Counted from the stretch's first letter, positions 48,078 to 62,219 are shown. The stretch is DNA of 64,000 nt from Octopus sinensis (GCF_006345805.1 NC_043014.1:38502001-38566000); one strand, 5' to 3'. Notes: generated from the letters alone by a model not told the origin. Numbers and translations are program-made.

Positions 48078-50147
48078 ATTGATACAGACAGAGAAAGAGA
48101 GGAGAGGTATACATATTCAAAGGTATATACAGAATTAATATCATCCATGTATATTATATAACAGATATATAAGGAAGAAATTAGAATATTTACATCCACA
48201 TCCTTGTTTTTCTTTCATGGTTTATGTTTTATTTTTAATGGGTTAGTTAAAAATGCAAGAGAAATTCTCAAGACTCTTTTTAGGGTCTCCAAGACTAGGT
48301 AAGAAGGGTGGGAGGAAGTTATCATCAGGCTGGTGAGCTGGCCCCAATGCATGTAGCCAGTGTAAACTTAGTTAGATGTACCTGAGCAAGACAGGGTATC
48401 ATACTGTTAAAACCAGACGACAGGTGAAAAATATAATGTAGATGTAAATATTTAAAAAATTTATAATCTCAACAACAATAACCCCTCTTAAACATTTAAA
48501 CATCAATAAAGAAATGATTTCTATTGATATGTAAAATGGTGAATTTGTGAATGCATAAGGAAGGAGTAAAGTCAATTGAATCAGCAGTCAACCTCAATAT
48601 ATCACTGGTATTTTAGTAGCAAGCATGCCTCTGTGATTTATGTTCATTTAACACTGAATCACTAAAACAGGAATTGCCACTGAGCTTCTAGTTTAAATTC
48701 CCACTACTTATATCATAATGATAATAATAATAATAATAACAATAATAATAATAATGATGATGATAACTCTTTCTTTTAAAGGCACATGGCCTGAAACTTT
48801 GGGGGAGGGGACTAGTTGTTTACATCAATCCCAGTGCATAACCGGTATTGAAAAGATGAATGGCAAAGTCCACCTCAGCAGAATTTGAACTCAGAACATG
48901 CAGATGGACAAAATGGTGCTAAGCATTTATCCCAGTATGCTATTGATTCTGCCAGCTGTTTTATTTTCCAGCTGACCAGATCAAGCCTTTCACACCTACC
49001 CTACAATGCCATTCTAAAAATAAACAAGCATGTAATCAAACATGGCTTAGTGGTCAAGGTATTCAGCTTATGATCATAAGACCATGAGTTCAGTTTCTGG
49101 CAGTGTGCTATGTCCTTGAGCAAGTCACTTTGTTTCACCTTGCTCCTGTCCACTCAGCTGGCAAAAATGAGCAGTACTTGTAATTCAAAGAGCCAACTTT
49201 GTCACATTCTGTGTCATACTGAATCTCTCTGAGAACTAGAACTATGTTAAGGGTAGACTTGTCTGTGGAATGCTCAGCCACTTGCACATGAATCTCATGA
49301 GCATGTTGTTCCGTTGACTGGATTGTCTGGTACCCTCATTGTCAAAACCAACAGATTGTCAATCTACATTTGACACAGTAATCATCATCATCATTTAACA
49401 TCTGCTTTCCATGCTAGCATGGGTTGGACGATTTTGACTGAGGGCTGGCAAATCAGATGGCTACACCAGGCTCCAATCTTGATTTGGCAGAGTTTCTACA
49501 GCTGGATGCCCTTCCTAGTGCCAACTACTCCGAGAGTGTAGTGGGTGCGTTTTATGTGCCACCGGCACGGGGGCCAGTCAGGCAGTACTGGCAACGACCT
49601 CGCTCGAATCTTTTTACACATGCCACCGGCACAGGTGCCAGTAAGGCGACGCTGGTAACGATCACGCTCAAATGGTGCCTTTTACATGCCACCAGTACGG
49701 AAGCCAGTTAGCGGCTCTGGCAATGACCATGCTCGGATGGTGCTCTTAGCACCCTACTTGCACGGGCACAAGTGCCAGTAAGGCGACGAATGTTAAAGGG
49801 TTAAATTTAACTCCTTGCAAACTGGAAACAGTACTGACAACATCGAAACCCAACCCTGTGTGTGTGAGCAATAGAATGTCTCTCTCTCTCTGTGGTACCA
49901 TGTTTTCAAATATGCCACACCTGAGAAGAATATGTAAATACTTTGTAAAATTCCTTGTATGAAAAATTATATAGTGTAAGGGGACAATGAAATACACAGA
50001 ATTTTTAGATGACTGCTGAAAACATAAGTATCTTGTTAATGTGATGATGTATAAATGAAAGTAGTTGATAAAACTGACCACTAACCAACTCCATTTATTC
50101 TATCAATATGCAAAATATCCATGTTAACCTCTTTAATAATTACTTAC

Positions 50148-50265
50148 CTCCGGTTATTTGGTCGGTTAGTCTTACGTACGGATCCCGAAGACCTTCTTTT
50201 CTGATTTTCTTGCTCATCTTTCATATCGAGAATTTTTTGTTTGATATCAGGATCATCACAGATGT
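50148..50265 (-). CDS. PPP1R16A: PPP1R16A/B-like internal exon
   Basis: TTTCATAG acceptor and GTAAGT donor; 118 nt, phase 1 to 2. Encodes (D)ICDDPDIKQKILDMKDEQENQKRRSSGSVRKTNRPNNR. Confidence 0.88.
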
Positions 50266-51286
50266 CTATGAAAGAGTTTAAAAAAAGGAAAAGAAGGGGT
50301 AAGGGATATGATATTAGAATGAAATGGTACAAAACACCAACTACATAATCAAAGATCAATTTAATAACATATAAGGTATACAGGTATAGGTATGGCTGTG
50401 TGGTTAAGAAGTTTGTTTCCCAACCATATGGTCTTGGGTTCAGTCCCACTATGCAGCACTTTGGACAACTGTTTTCTACTATAGCTGTTGTATACACATA
50501 CATACACATATTATCTAATGTCCATCATGCCAGGCGAAATATTTAATGGTATTTCATCTAGCAGAAGCGTTAGCACACCGGGCAAAATGCTTTGCGGCAT
50601 TTCGTCTGTCGTTACGTTGTGAGTTCAAATTCCGCCGAGGTCGACTTTGCCTTTCATCCTTTCGGGGTCAATAAATTAAGTACCAGTTACGCACTGGGGT
50701 CAATGTAATCGACTTAATACCTATGTCTGTCCTTGTTTGTCCCCTCTATGTTTAGCCCCTTGTGGGTAATAAAGAAATAGGTATTTCATCTGTCACTACA
50801 TTCCGAGTTCAAATTCTGCCAAGGTCAACTTTGCCTTTCATCCTTTCAGGGTTGATTAAATAAGTATCAGTTATGCATTGGGGTTAATGTAATCGATTTA
50901 ATCCCTTCCCTCAAATTTCAGGCCTTGTGCCTAGAGTAGAAAGAATTATTCAATGTCCAAAAGGTGGCAAGCTGGCAGAATTGTTAGCACGCTGGATGAA
51001 ATGCTTAACGGTATTAAAAAAAAGAACTGGAGCAAGCAGGTTTCTTGCTGCAAAGGAGCTACATGACTACTCTTTTACTCTTTCACTCTTTTACTTGTTT
51101 CAGTCATTTGACTGTGGCCATGCTGGAGCACCGCCTTTAGTCAAGCAAATCGACCCCAGCACTTATTCTTTGCTAGCCTAGTACTTATTCTATCAATCTC
51201 TTTTGCCAAACTGCTAAGTTACGGGGCTGTAAACACACCAGCATCGGTTGTCAAGGGATGTTGGGGGGACAAACACAGACACACAA

Positions 51287-51329
<43 letters not shown>

Positions 51330-51930
51330 ACGGGCTTCTTTCAATTTCCGTCTACCAAATTCACTCACAAGGCATTGGTTGGCCCGGGGCTATAGCAGAA
51401 GACAATTGCCCAAGATGCCACGCAGTGGGACTGAACCTATTACCACACAGCCACTCCTACTCACATTTTTGAAGAGAGAGGCATGGTGGGGGAGCTGAGG
51501 GTGTGTTTAGTGAGTGGGGGTTATAAATGAGCATCACCATCATATAAACAATATTCTTTTCTACTCTAGGCTCAAAGGCCCAAAATTTTGGGGGGTGGAG
51601 CAGTCAATTAGATTGACCCCAGTATGCAACTGCTACTTAATTTATCGACCCTGAAAGGACAAAAGGTGAAGTCAACCTCAGTAGAATTTGAACTCAGAAC
51701 AATAAAGACAGATGAAATACCGCTAAGCATTCCACCCGGCATGCTAATGTTTCTGCCAGCTCACTGCCTTTCATACAAACAATATTGTTTGTTTCCATGT
51801 CTGGCCATGGGGAAATAGTACTTTGCTTAGAAACACATGACGGTTAGCAACAGGAAGAGCATACAGCTGTAGGAAATCTATCTCAACAAATTCCGTCTAA
51901 TCCATGCAAGGATGGAAAAGTGGATGTTAA

Positions 51931-52151
51931 CCCTTTCGTTACTGTATTTATTTTGCGATGCTCTGTGTGTCTTTCAATTAATTTTAAATATAACAAAAAA
52001 TTTAGTAAAACAACTTAGTTATCATTCAGCTAGTGTTAGGAACATAAATTGTGACTAAGGTTTGGTGAAAGATTTTAATTCAAAACTTATGAAAACAGGA
52101 CGTTTGTACTCAGAGCCAGAGCCGGTTTCAGCCGGGTTGGTAACGAAAGGG
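51931..52151. mobile_element. piggyBac-like MITE
   Basis: TTAA-CCCTTTCGTTAC ... GTAACGAAAGGG-TTAG; the right TTAA is mutated. Confidence 0.78.
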
Positions 52152-52677
52152 TTAGAGAAGGAGGAGGAGGAGGCAGCGACCACGACGACGAAAAAACACT
52201 AAATTCTCATTAAATTTTAATTTACTTCATGAAGTGTCAAAATATTTTCATGGCATAACTGCAACCTGGTCAGTGATTCCTCAGGAAATAAAATTAAGTG
52301 GCTCTTCTATGACTGCAACCACTAAGTTATGGGGATGGAAACAAACCAACAATGGTTGTCATGTTTGGTGGTGGTGGTGGTGGTGGACAAACACAAACAC
52401 ATATTTATATACAGCAGGCTTTCACACAGTTGCTGACTAACCAATTCACTCGCAAGGCTTTGGTTGAACTGATTGCTATAGTGCCCAAGGCACTATGAAG
52501 TGGAATTGAACTCAGAACCACATGGTTGCAAAGCAAGCTTCTTAACTACTTCTTAACAACACAATAGGAGTGAAATATTTTGACATGGTTGGTTTTCTTA
52601 CAGAGGAACACAAAGGAGGAGGAGAAGTACAACAACAATAACAACAACAAGAAATACATTCAAAAATTTAAGTTTAC

Positions 52678-52753
52678 CAAATGGAGTATCATTTTTCTTG
52701 GTTTTTGAATCTATATCAGCGCCGTATTCTACCAAAAGATCCAGCATCAATGA
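52678..52753 (-). CDS. PPP1R16A: PPP1R16A/B-like internal exon (ankyrin repeat)
   Basis: TTTCTTTAG acceptor and GTAAAC donor; 76 nt, phase 0 to 1. Encodes SLMLDLLVEYGADIDSKTKKNDTPF. Not in the ORF track. Confidence 0.88.
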
Positions 52754-52870
52754 CTAAAGAAAAGAAATAAGACAGAGAAACATTCAATAACAATGATGAG
52801 TTTCAAACATATAGAAGCTAACATAATAAAATAAATAACTTGTAATTAATAATTTTATACAAATAGATAT

Positions 52871-53281
52871 AGGCACAGGAGTGGCTGTGTGGTAAGTAGC
52901 TTGTTTACCAACCACATGGTTTCGGGTTCAGTCCCACTGCGTAGCATCTTGGGCAAGTGTCTTCTACTATAGCCTCGGGCCAACCAAAGCCTTGTGAGTG
53001 GATTTGGTAGATGGAAACTGAAAGAAGCCCGTCGTATATATATATATATATATATATGCGTGTGTGCATTTGTGTGTCTGTGTTTGTCCCCCTAGTACTG
53101 CTTGACAACCGATGCTGGTGTGTTTATGTCCCCGTTACTTAGCGGTTCGGCAAAAAGAGACCGATAGAATAAGTACTGGGCTTACAAAAGAATAAGTCCC
53201 GGGGTCGAGTTGCTCGATTAAAGGCGGTGCTCCAGCATGGCCACAGTCAAATGACTGAAACAAGTAAAAGAGTAAAAGAGT
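52871..53281 (+). mobile_element. SINE family A, full length
   Basis: Highly similar to 31205-31572. Other copies at ~42122-42510(-), 51075-51455(-), 57300-57680, 59535-59942 and 62277-62710. Confidence 0.9.
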
Positions 53282-54552
53282 ATGTCTACAAGATGGCTGT
53301 CTATTTGTGACCAAGGAAGACCATCACTGACCATTAAGAACATTGTGCGTGCAGGCAAGTTTACGCTATACCTTTGGGACTCCACTAGTGACTAAGGAGC
53401 CCACTCTTGATAGACATATTCACCGAGACCCCTGAGATCCGACAAATGAAGTGAGCTCATGGCCCACAGGACAGCCTGCAGTGCTAACCTTCAATTGTAG
53501 GGTGACCTACTGATCTTGAGGAGACCTATTGAGTCAAGTACGTCAACATCAACATCAAAATAAAAATCAAATGGAAGTTGTAGTTATGAGACCCATGCCG
53601 GTGGCACATAAAAAGCACCATCCAAACGTGGTTGATGCCAGCGCCACCTGACTGGCGTCCGTGTTGGTGACACGTAAAAAGCACCAACCGATTGTGGCCA
53701 TTTGCCAGCCTACCCTGGCACCTGTGCCGGTGGCATGTAAAAAGCACCCACTACAGTCATGGAGTGGTTGGCGTTAAGAAGGGCAGCCAGCTGTAGAAAC
53801 ACTGCCAGATCAGACTGGAGCCTGGCACAGCCTCTTGGCTTCCCAGACCTCGTTCGAACCGTCCAACCCATGCTAGCATGGAAAACAGACGCTAAACGAT
53901 AATGATGATGATATCATCATCATCATCATTTAACATCCATTGTCTATGCTGGCATGGGTTGGACAATTTGACCAGAGCTGGCAAGCTGGGGAGCTGCACC
54001 AGACTCCAGTCTGATTTGGCAAGGTTTCTATGGCTGGATGCCCTTCCTAATGCCAAACTGCAGACCAGACTTTTCCCAGTCACTACACCAGTGGTGCGTT
54101 TTTGAGCAGCTTGCTTAAATTCTGCATACAAAATGCATATTTCTTTTTAAATACTCATTTCTCCCTTTATTTATTGCCTCCATTGGTGGCAATGACAAGC
54201 ATTGCTCTCCCTATTGGCCTCCTATATTACATGATCCTTAAACTGTCACTTTCTACAAACAAGTTAGCTATATAGCATCTGCAGATCCTTCGTCCAAATA
54301 AGGTGTCCAGACCAACACAAACAATTCTTGTATGCCATCAACTCAGTGCTCAGGATGTTGGCTCTCCTCATGACCAATGTGTCTGGAGTCCACAAGGACC
54401 AGCTAACATTCAGAATGTCTTAGACGTCTCTGATGCCTGTAAAAGGTTGATGTCTCACATAAGTAAAGAAGTGATGTCAGTACACACTAACTAGTCATTA
54501 AATTAACATGTAAGTTGCTGAAAATTCCAAAGGCACATGTGCCTTTAGCATA

Positions 54553-55048
54553 TCATAAATCTTCGAGTATAATCCGTATTTTTTCCCCCAAATTTAAAGA
54601 TCAACATCCCTAGTGGGAAAAATGAAAAATATTTTCTAAGCAATGTCAGAGTCTCTAATTGCTGTCCGGCAATGTTTATTCAGATGCATTTTATGATGTC
54701 AAACATGAAAATACCTTAAGCTAAGCCTGAAAGCAATGAAGAATCATCTATAACTTGCAGTTAGCAACATTTATTAAATAAAAGTAGTCAAAACACAGAA
54801 TAACATGTAACAAAAACAATTTGAAAACATATTTACATTCCCATATAACAGTTAAGAACATCACCATTATTGTATTAAGCATGTGCAGAAGTGTTTGTTC
54901 GACTAGGTGCTGCTGGCTTAATTACACACAACTCAAGTTTGAGAAGGGGTGCATATTATACACAAGGTTTAGGTTTTTGAGAGGTACAGCCCCCTAAAAA
55001 TCCCCTGTGTATTATACTCAAGAGCAGACTATACTCGAGGATTTACTG
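54553..55048. mobile_element. pogo/Tigger-like MITE with TA duplication
   Basis: TA-TCATAAATCTTCGAGTATAA ... CTATACTCGAGGATTTACTG-TA. Confidence 0.7.
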
Positions 55049-55630
55049 TAATTCCTAGATTGAATAACCATGACACAATACCTGACAAAGCTGAACCTTT
55101 GAATTAGAGGTTCAATCCCTAGAAAGTTTCTCTCAACCCATTTTCACACACAGTCTTGGAGTAACCCAAGGCTGTAGTAAAAGACACTTTGTCCAAACTC
55201 AGGTTCTTGTTAATATAAAGTGAACTATTTAAGCACTTACCCATGTTTCATCCATTCATCCATCCATAAAAAAAGGGTTGAGCTCCTTGAATCATATAAA
55301 CTCATAGGGCCGGGGTCCCTGCTTTTGCAGTTTATCCACTCCCCCTGGATGGGATGCTAGATCGTCACAAGAATGCTCATTTCTGCCAGCTGAGAGGACT
55401 GAAGCATTATGAAATGAAGTGCTTTGCCCAAGAATACAATGCATTGCTTGATGCAGGAATTGAAACCACAATGTTCTGATCATGAGTCCAACACCCTTAC
55501 CACTAAGCCACACATCTCCACCATCCAACCATTCATCAATAAACCCATCCATTCATTCATAAGTGAAACGAAAATAAAAAAAATATTAAAAAATGAAACA
55601 TAAAAATGAATTAGAGGGAAAACCAATTAC

Positions 55631-55756
55631 CTCTTGCCAACAAGCAGCAGCATGTATAGGTTCCCAGGATTCATCATCACGGGAATTCACAGGTACCTTG
55701 TGGTCGAGTAAATATTTAGCAACCTCTAAGTAGCCATTGGCTGCTGCTATGTGGAG
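55631..55756 (-). CDS. PPP1R16A: PPP1R16A/B-like internal exon (ankyrin repeats)
   Basis: TTTTCTTTCAG acceptor and GTAATT donor; 126 nt, phase 0 to 0. LHIAAANGYLEVAKYLLDHKVPVNSRDDESWEPIHAAACWQE resembles the MYPT3 LHVAAANG..DGWEPLHAAAYW stretch. Confidence 0.93.
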
Positions 55757-55967
55757 CTGAAAGAAAATCAAATGTAGGTGAGGGGAAATGTTCAATTAAC
55801 GATGTACAGTGCTTGTTTTTAAATGACTTTTCTCGTGAGAAGATAAGCAAAAGTACAACCCTTGTGGTTAAAAAAAATATATCTTAACCCTTTCATTATG
55901 ATATTCTTGCTGAAATACATTTACCATTCTTTTGGTTTTATATTACGTATAGCTGCCATTTTTATTT

Positions 55968-56011
<44 letters not shown>

Positions 56012-56013
<2 letters not shown>

Positions 56014-56301
56014 AGAGGCGCAATGGCCTAGTGGGTAGGGCAGCGGACTCGCGGTCGCAGGATCGCGGTTTCGATTTCCAGACCGGGCGTTGTGTGTGTT
56101 TATTGAGTGAAAACACCTAAAAGCTCCACGAGGCTCCGGCAAGGGGTGGTCATCCCTGCTGTACTCTTTCACCACTCTTTCTTCAGTTGGCCTGCTTGCT
56201 TAGCCAGCAGGGTGGCGTCATTCGAAGGCTAAAACAATGCGAACGCATTGTGACCAGCGATGTGTAACAACATCTGATGGTCTGGTCGGTCACATGATCA
56301 T

Positions 56302-56306
<5 letters not shown>
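56012..56306 (+). mobile_element. tRNA-derived SINE, family D
   Basis: GGCGCAATGGCCTAGTGG A-box, GTTTCGATTTCC B-box and GATCATGTGAT tail. Sister copy at 57771-58083. Confidence 0.85.
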
Positions 56307-56335
<29 letters not shown>

Positions 56336-56340
56336 TCAGA

Positions 56341-56700
56341 AACAGGTGAGCAATTGATTCTACCCTTCTAGTCACGTCTGTTTATATCCCACCCACTTCA
56401 CAGATCTTTCCAATTGCTGTCTCAGATTTAGAAATTTTTTAAATATAGTGAAAAATTTTCAAATTTGGTATAAGAGATGTAATTTTTGAACTGGTCAGAG
56501 TTGCAATAGTTCTATGCTAACTACCCCAGGCAACAGTCATCCAAAACAGGTGAGCAATTGACTCTACCCTTCTAGTCACGTCTATTTATATTCACCCCAC
56601 CCCACCCCAACTCACAGATCTTTTCAATTGCAGTCACAGATTTGGAAATTTAAAAATAAAGTGAAAATTTTTCAGATTTGGTATAAGTGATGTAATTTTT
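56341..56700. repeat. Diverged ~204-bp tandem duplication
   Basis: AACAGGTGAGCAATTGA.TCTACCCTTCTAGTCACGTCT at 56341 and 56545. Confidence 0.75.
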
Positions 56701-57681
56701 CATGCTAAATCCAAATTTGGGCTTCATTTATTCACAGAAACATTTGGGAAAATGTTACAGAGTTTCAAAGCTTCATATTTAGTCCCATCAAAAAACAAGA
56801 ATCAAAAGCTGTGCGTTTTCTGCATGATAGTTCTCTGTCACTAAATAACAGACAAAAAGAACAGGCATAAAATGATACTGCTTGTCAAAACTTGTAGTGG
56901 TAGTCGCAATGGTGAAAGTGTCACAGCCAAGCTAAGTACATCATCTACATCATTCTTGTAACAATGAAAACAGGACAGGCTACAGCTTTGTTTGTTACTA
57001 TGGAAACAGATACCAATGTGAGGTTTACAGCCATGTTATATAATAGTGGTTTTTGTATGACTAAAATTACCCAAAATTTGCGAACTTTAAAAGCTGTTAA
57101 TTTTTTATTTTATTATTTTGTGGCAAAAATTAATTTCATTTTCATAATTAAAATATACAAAACTAAATTGGTATATAACTGAATTTGAAAACAATTGGAG
57201 CAAAATTGAAAAAAAGATGAAATCTGTAAGAGCAACTGGAAAGATCCACACTCACAAAAAAATCAGGGCTCCAATTCCCTACAAAGGTTCACACATAGTA
57301 GAGGTGAAACATGGTTCTGGATCCAGTCCCACTGTTTAGCACCTCGGGCAGGTGTCTTCTACTATAACATCAGGCTGACCAAAACCTTGTAAGTGAATTT
57401 GGTAGACAGAAAGTCAAAGAAGCCTGTCATATATATATAAATATATATTATTATGTGTGTGTGTCTGTGTTTGTCCCCCCTCCCCCCACCATCACTTGAC
57501 AACTGATGTTCATGTGCTTATGTCCCGTAACTTAGCAGTTCAGCAAAAGTGACCGATAGAATAAGTATTAGGTTTACAAAGAATAAGTCCTGAGTTTGAT
57601 TTCTTCGACTAAAAACCCTTTAAGGTGGTGCTCCAACATGGCCACAGCCAAATGACTGAAACATGCAAAAGAATAAAAGAA

Positions 57682-57773
<92 letters not shown>

Positions 57774-58813
57774 GAGGTGCAATGGCCTAGTGGTTAGGGC
57801 AGCGGACTCGCGGTCGTATGATTGCGGTTTCGATTCCCAGACCGGACGTTGTGAGTGTTTATTGAGCGAAAACACCTAAAGCTCCACGAGGCTCCGGCAG
57901 GGGATGGTGGCGATCCCTGCTGTACTCTTTCGCCACAACTTTCTCTCACTTTTTCTTCTGTTGGCCTGCTTGCTTAGCCAGCGGGTTGGCGTCATTTGAA
58001 GGCTAAAACAATGCAAAGCACATTGTGACCAGCAATGTGTAACAACATCTGATGGCCTGGTCGGTCACGGTGATCACGGTGATATATATATACATGATAG
58101 ATCGGTAGCCACTACACACATTTTTTCTCTTCTTGCTTCTCTCCTTGTTTTTTTCTATGTCTCTTTCTGTAGAAAAGCGTAGGCTCGAAACATAAAAGAC
58201 TTTTTCAATTCTTGAGCATTATACTAATACACCTGTTTGTTTTATACACCACGTGACTTCATCTTTTGTTGTTTTTTTTTCCGTGAACTCTCCCTGTATA
58301 TATATGTACACACACACACACATTATATATATATATATATATTGTGAAGACCTGTTGAGGCAAGTGAAAATCAAACCAAATCAAAATAGATGAACATCAA
58401 TGGAATTTGTATCTTTGTGGTACCAGTGCCGGTGGCACACAAGAAAACCATCCGAACCTGGTCGTAGCCAGTACCGCATCGACTGGCCTCCGTGCTGTGG
58501 GCACGTAACAAGCACCATCCGAGCGTGGCCGTCTGCCAGCCTCGTCTGGCACCTGTGTCGGTGGCACATAAAAAACACCATCCGAGCGTGGCCGTTTGCC
58601 AGCCTCGTCTGGCACCTGTGTCGGTGGCACATAAAATCACCCACTACACTCTCGGAGTGGTTGGCGTTAGGAAGGGCATCCAGCTGTAGAAACACTGCCA
58701 GATCTGACTGGCCTGGTGCAGCCTTCGGGCTCCCCAGACTCCAGTTGAACCGTCCAACCCATGCTAGCATGGAAAGCGGACGTTAAATGAGGATGATGAT
58801 GATGATATATATA

Positions 58814-58865
<52 letters not shown>

Positions 58866-60540
58866 ATAATGAAGGCAGTAATATAAAACAGTGGCCAATG
58901 TATTTCAGCAGGAATAAAAGTAAGACCTACAACTCAGCCACCTAAAAAAAAACTAGGCCGCAGCAATGCAACATCTGCAAAGCCATTATCCAATATGTGA
59001 AAGATAACTTTGTTCATCGTGCAAATCCTGATTTATCCTGACCTCTTAAATGCAGTCCGATTCTTTTAATACCTGTCTTTTATTCTGGAAATGGATTGGA
59101 AGGTTTGGCAGGATCCAACAAATTGAGTAAACTGTACCAAACTCCAATGCAGTCTTCTGGTTCATTGGAGCCTGTCAAAATGTCCAACCCATGCCGTCAT
59201 ATATATCACAAAGTTACTCCAAAAAGGACTTAAACCCATAATGCAAGGGAATGAAATCTAATACAGTTAGGCATTCTGAATCAACATTCAATGATTTCAT
59301 CCAAATAGCCAACTTTCTTTAAGACCTTTAATTATTTCTTTGCTTTGTATTAGCAACTCAATATCTTCCATTTTATGCTTCTTTCATTTGCAGTGGGCTA
59401 CCATACATTTATCAAGAAGCAAGTCATTGACACATCACCCAAATACACACACACACACACAGGTCATGTGGCCTAACAACAGTAATATATGGTAACTCAT
59501 TACACTTCCTAAAAATGAAATGAAAATAATATAAGGCACAGATATGGCTGTGTGGTAAGAAGGTTGCTTGCCAACCACAGGATTCCAGGTTCAGTTCCAG
59601 TGGGTGGTACCTTCAGCAAGTTTCTTCTACTATCTTCTCGGGCCAACCAAAGCCTTGTGAGTGGATTTGGTAGATAGAAACTGAAAGAAGTCCATTGTAT
59701 ATGTACATGTATATATCTATGTGTGAGTGTGTGTTTGTATCTGTGTTTGCCCCCACCCCATCACTGCTTCAGAACCAGTATTGGTGCGTTTACATCCCCA
59801 TAACTCAGCATTTTGGCAAGAGACTGATAGAATATGTGCTAGAATTAAATAATAAGTCCTGGGATGTTTGACTAAAATCCTTCAAGGCAGTGCTCCAGCA
59901 TGACCACAGTCAAATCATTGAAACAAGTAAAAGAATAAAACAATAAGGATCCAAACCCCAAGCCCCAAGCCTTAAGAAACAGAACCAGCTTTGAGGAATA
60001 GTTTTGCTTGTGTTATGTACCTTTTTGTCTCGTTTTGCCAAACTGCCAAGTTACAGGGACATACAAACACCAATATTGGCTGTCAAGTGATAGAGGAGTG
60101 ACAAAAACAGGCAGAAGGGGACACACACATGGACACTCTCACACACACACACACACACGTGTTTCTTTTCAGTTCCCATCTACCAAATCCACTCACAAGT
60201 CTTTGGTCAGCTCAAGGCTGTAGTAGAACATATTGGCCCATGGTTCCACACAATGGGACTGAACCCAGTGCCATGTGGTTGGGAAGCAAACTTCTTACCA
60301 CACAGCCACACCTGTGCATGCACGCATACATACATACATACACACAAATACATACATGCATACATACATACATACACACACACACACATACAGCATGGAG
60401 TAAAAAAAATTCAACATATTCAGCGGTGGTGCCCCAGCATGGCCGTGGCCTTCAGGCTAAGACATTTTTAAGGATTTAAGGATATTAGAAATAAAATATG
60501 CTGGAGTATTTCTGTCTTATCATGTTATCTTACCTTATGC

Positions 60541-60758
60541 CAGTGCTTTTCAAACGTTTTGCTGGAGCGGAACCCCAAGGAAACATTCCACTGGCTTGAG
60601 GAACCCCTTGCAATAATTTAATAGTCTTATGCACACATATCTGCACAGGAGAATTAAAAATTACTGCCGATTTTAGCAGTTTTGTAGCTTCTTGCGGAAC
60701 CCCTGGACTGTACTGGTGGAACCCTAAGGTTCCGCGGAACCCTGGTTGAAAACCACTG
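60541..60758. mobile_element. hAT (Charlie-like) MITE with a perfect 8-bp TSD
   Basis: CCTTATGC-CAGTGCTTTTCAAAC ... GTTGAAAACCACTG-CCTTATGC. Confidence 0.92.
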
Positions 60759-60885
60759 CCTTATGCAAATGTTCAATGCAGTTCATATTTTATGAGATCA
60801 ACGAAACAGTACCAAACAAAATATAGAATTCAACTCACAGGCAGTGTCCCCACCTAATATGATCACAGTCCAATATAACTGGAGC

Positions 60886-62044
60886 AAAGGCAGCGAGATG
60901 GCAGAAACGTTAGCACGCCAGGCGAAATGCTTAGCAGTATTTCATCTGCCGCTATGTTCTGAGTTCAAATTCCACCAAGGTGGTCTTTGCCTTTCATCCT
61001 TTCGGGGCCGATTAAATAAGTACCAGTTATGCACTGGGATCGATATAATCGACTTAATTTGTTTGCCTGTCCTTGTTTGTCCCCTCTGTGTGTAGCCCCT
61101 TCTGGGCAATAAAGAAATAAGAAACATTAGCAAGGAGGCGAGCTGGCAGAACCATCAGCAAGCCGGGTGAAATGCTCAGCAGTATTTCATCTGTCGCTAT
61201 GTTCTGAGTTCAAATTCCACCAAGGTGGTCTTTGCCTTTCATCCTTTCGGGGTTGATTAAATAAGTACCAATTATGCACTGAGATCGATATAATCGACTT
61301 AATCTGTTTGTCTGTCCTTGATTGTCCCCTCTGTGTTTAGCCCCTTCTGGGCAATAAAGAAATAAAAAACATTAGCAAGGCGATGAACTGGCAGAAACGT
61401 TAGCACACTGGGCGAAATGCTTAGCGGTATTTCGTCTGCCGCTACGTTCTGAGTTCAAATTCCGCCGAGGTCAACCATGCCTTTCATCCTTTCGGGGTCA
61501 ATTAAATAAGTACCAGTTATACACTGGTGTCAATACAATCGACTTAATCGGTTTCTCTGTCCTAATTTGTCCCCTCTGTATGTAGCCCCTTCTGGGCAAT
61601 AAAGAAATAAAAACATTAGCAAGGAGGCGAACTGGCAGAACCATTAGCAAGCCGGGTGAAATGCTCAGCAGTATTTCATCTGTCGCTATGTTCTGAGTTC
61701 AAATTGCACCAAGGTGGTCTTTGCCTTTCATCCTTTCGGGGTCGATTAAATAAGTACCAGTTATGCACTGAGATCGATATAATCGACTTAATCTGTTTGT
61801 CTGTCCTTGTTTGTCCCCTCTGTGTGTAGCCCCTTATGGGCAGTAAGGAAATAAGAAACATTAGCATGCCGGGCGAAATGCTTAGCGGTATTTCGTCCCT
61901 CTTTACATTCTGAGTTCAAATTCCGCCGAGGTCGACTTTGCCTTTCATCCTTTTGGGGGTCGATAAATTAAGTACCAGTTGAATACTAGGGTCAATCTAA
62001 TCAACTGGCCAAAAATTTCAGACCTTGTGCCAGGGGTAGGAAAA
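60886..62044 (+). mobile_element. Multimeric SINE family B array (~240-bp units, 4-5 copies)
   Basis: Repeated head-to-tail units. A 14-bp direct repeat AATATAACTGGAGC lies at 60872-60885 and 62045-62058. Confidence 0.88.
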
Positions 62045-62091
62045 AATATAACTGGAGCCAATCAAAGAATACAAGAATATATTCTACTTAC

Positions 62092-62219
62092 TGGAGTGAC
62101 ACCATTGTGATCCCTAATGTCCTGCAGATTCTTGCCTTGTTTCACATGTTCCACCAAATCGTTATACATTTGTCTCTCTTTGGCTTCTCTGGTTTCATCA
62201 ATTTCTTCTTGGGTGATTC
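62092..62219 (-). CDS. PPP1R16A: PPP1R16A/B-like internal exon (most 5' exon in the window)
   Basis: AAATTCCAG acceptor and GTAAGT donor; 128 nt, phase 1 to 0. GITQEEIDETREAKERQMYNDL..DHNGVTP resembles MYPT3 GITQDSIEAAR..DHGATL and joins 55756 in frame. Not in the ORF track. Confidence 0.9.

Noticed and set aside
56012-56085. tRNA-like sequences here and at ~7812, 11371-11470, 40400-40475 and 57771
   Set aside because: They have A/B boxes but no complete cloverleaf, and they continue into shared SINE bodies; they are SINE heads.
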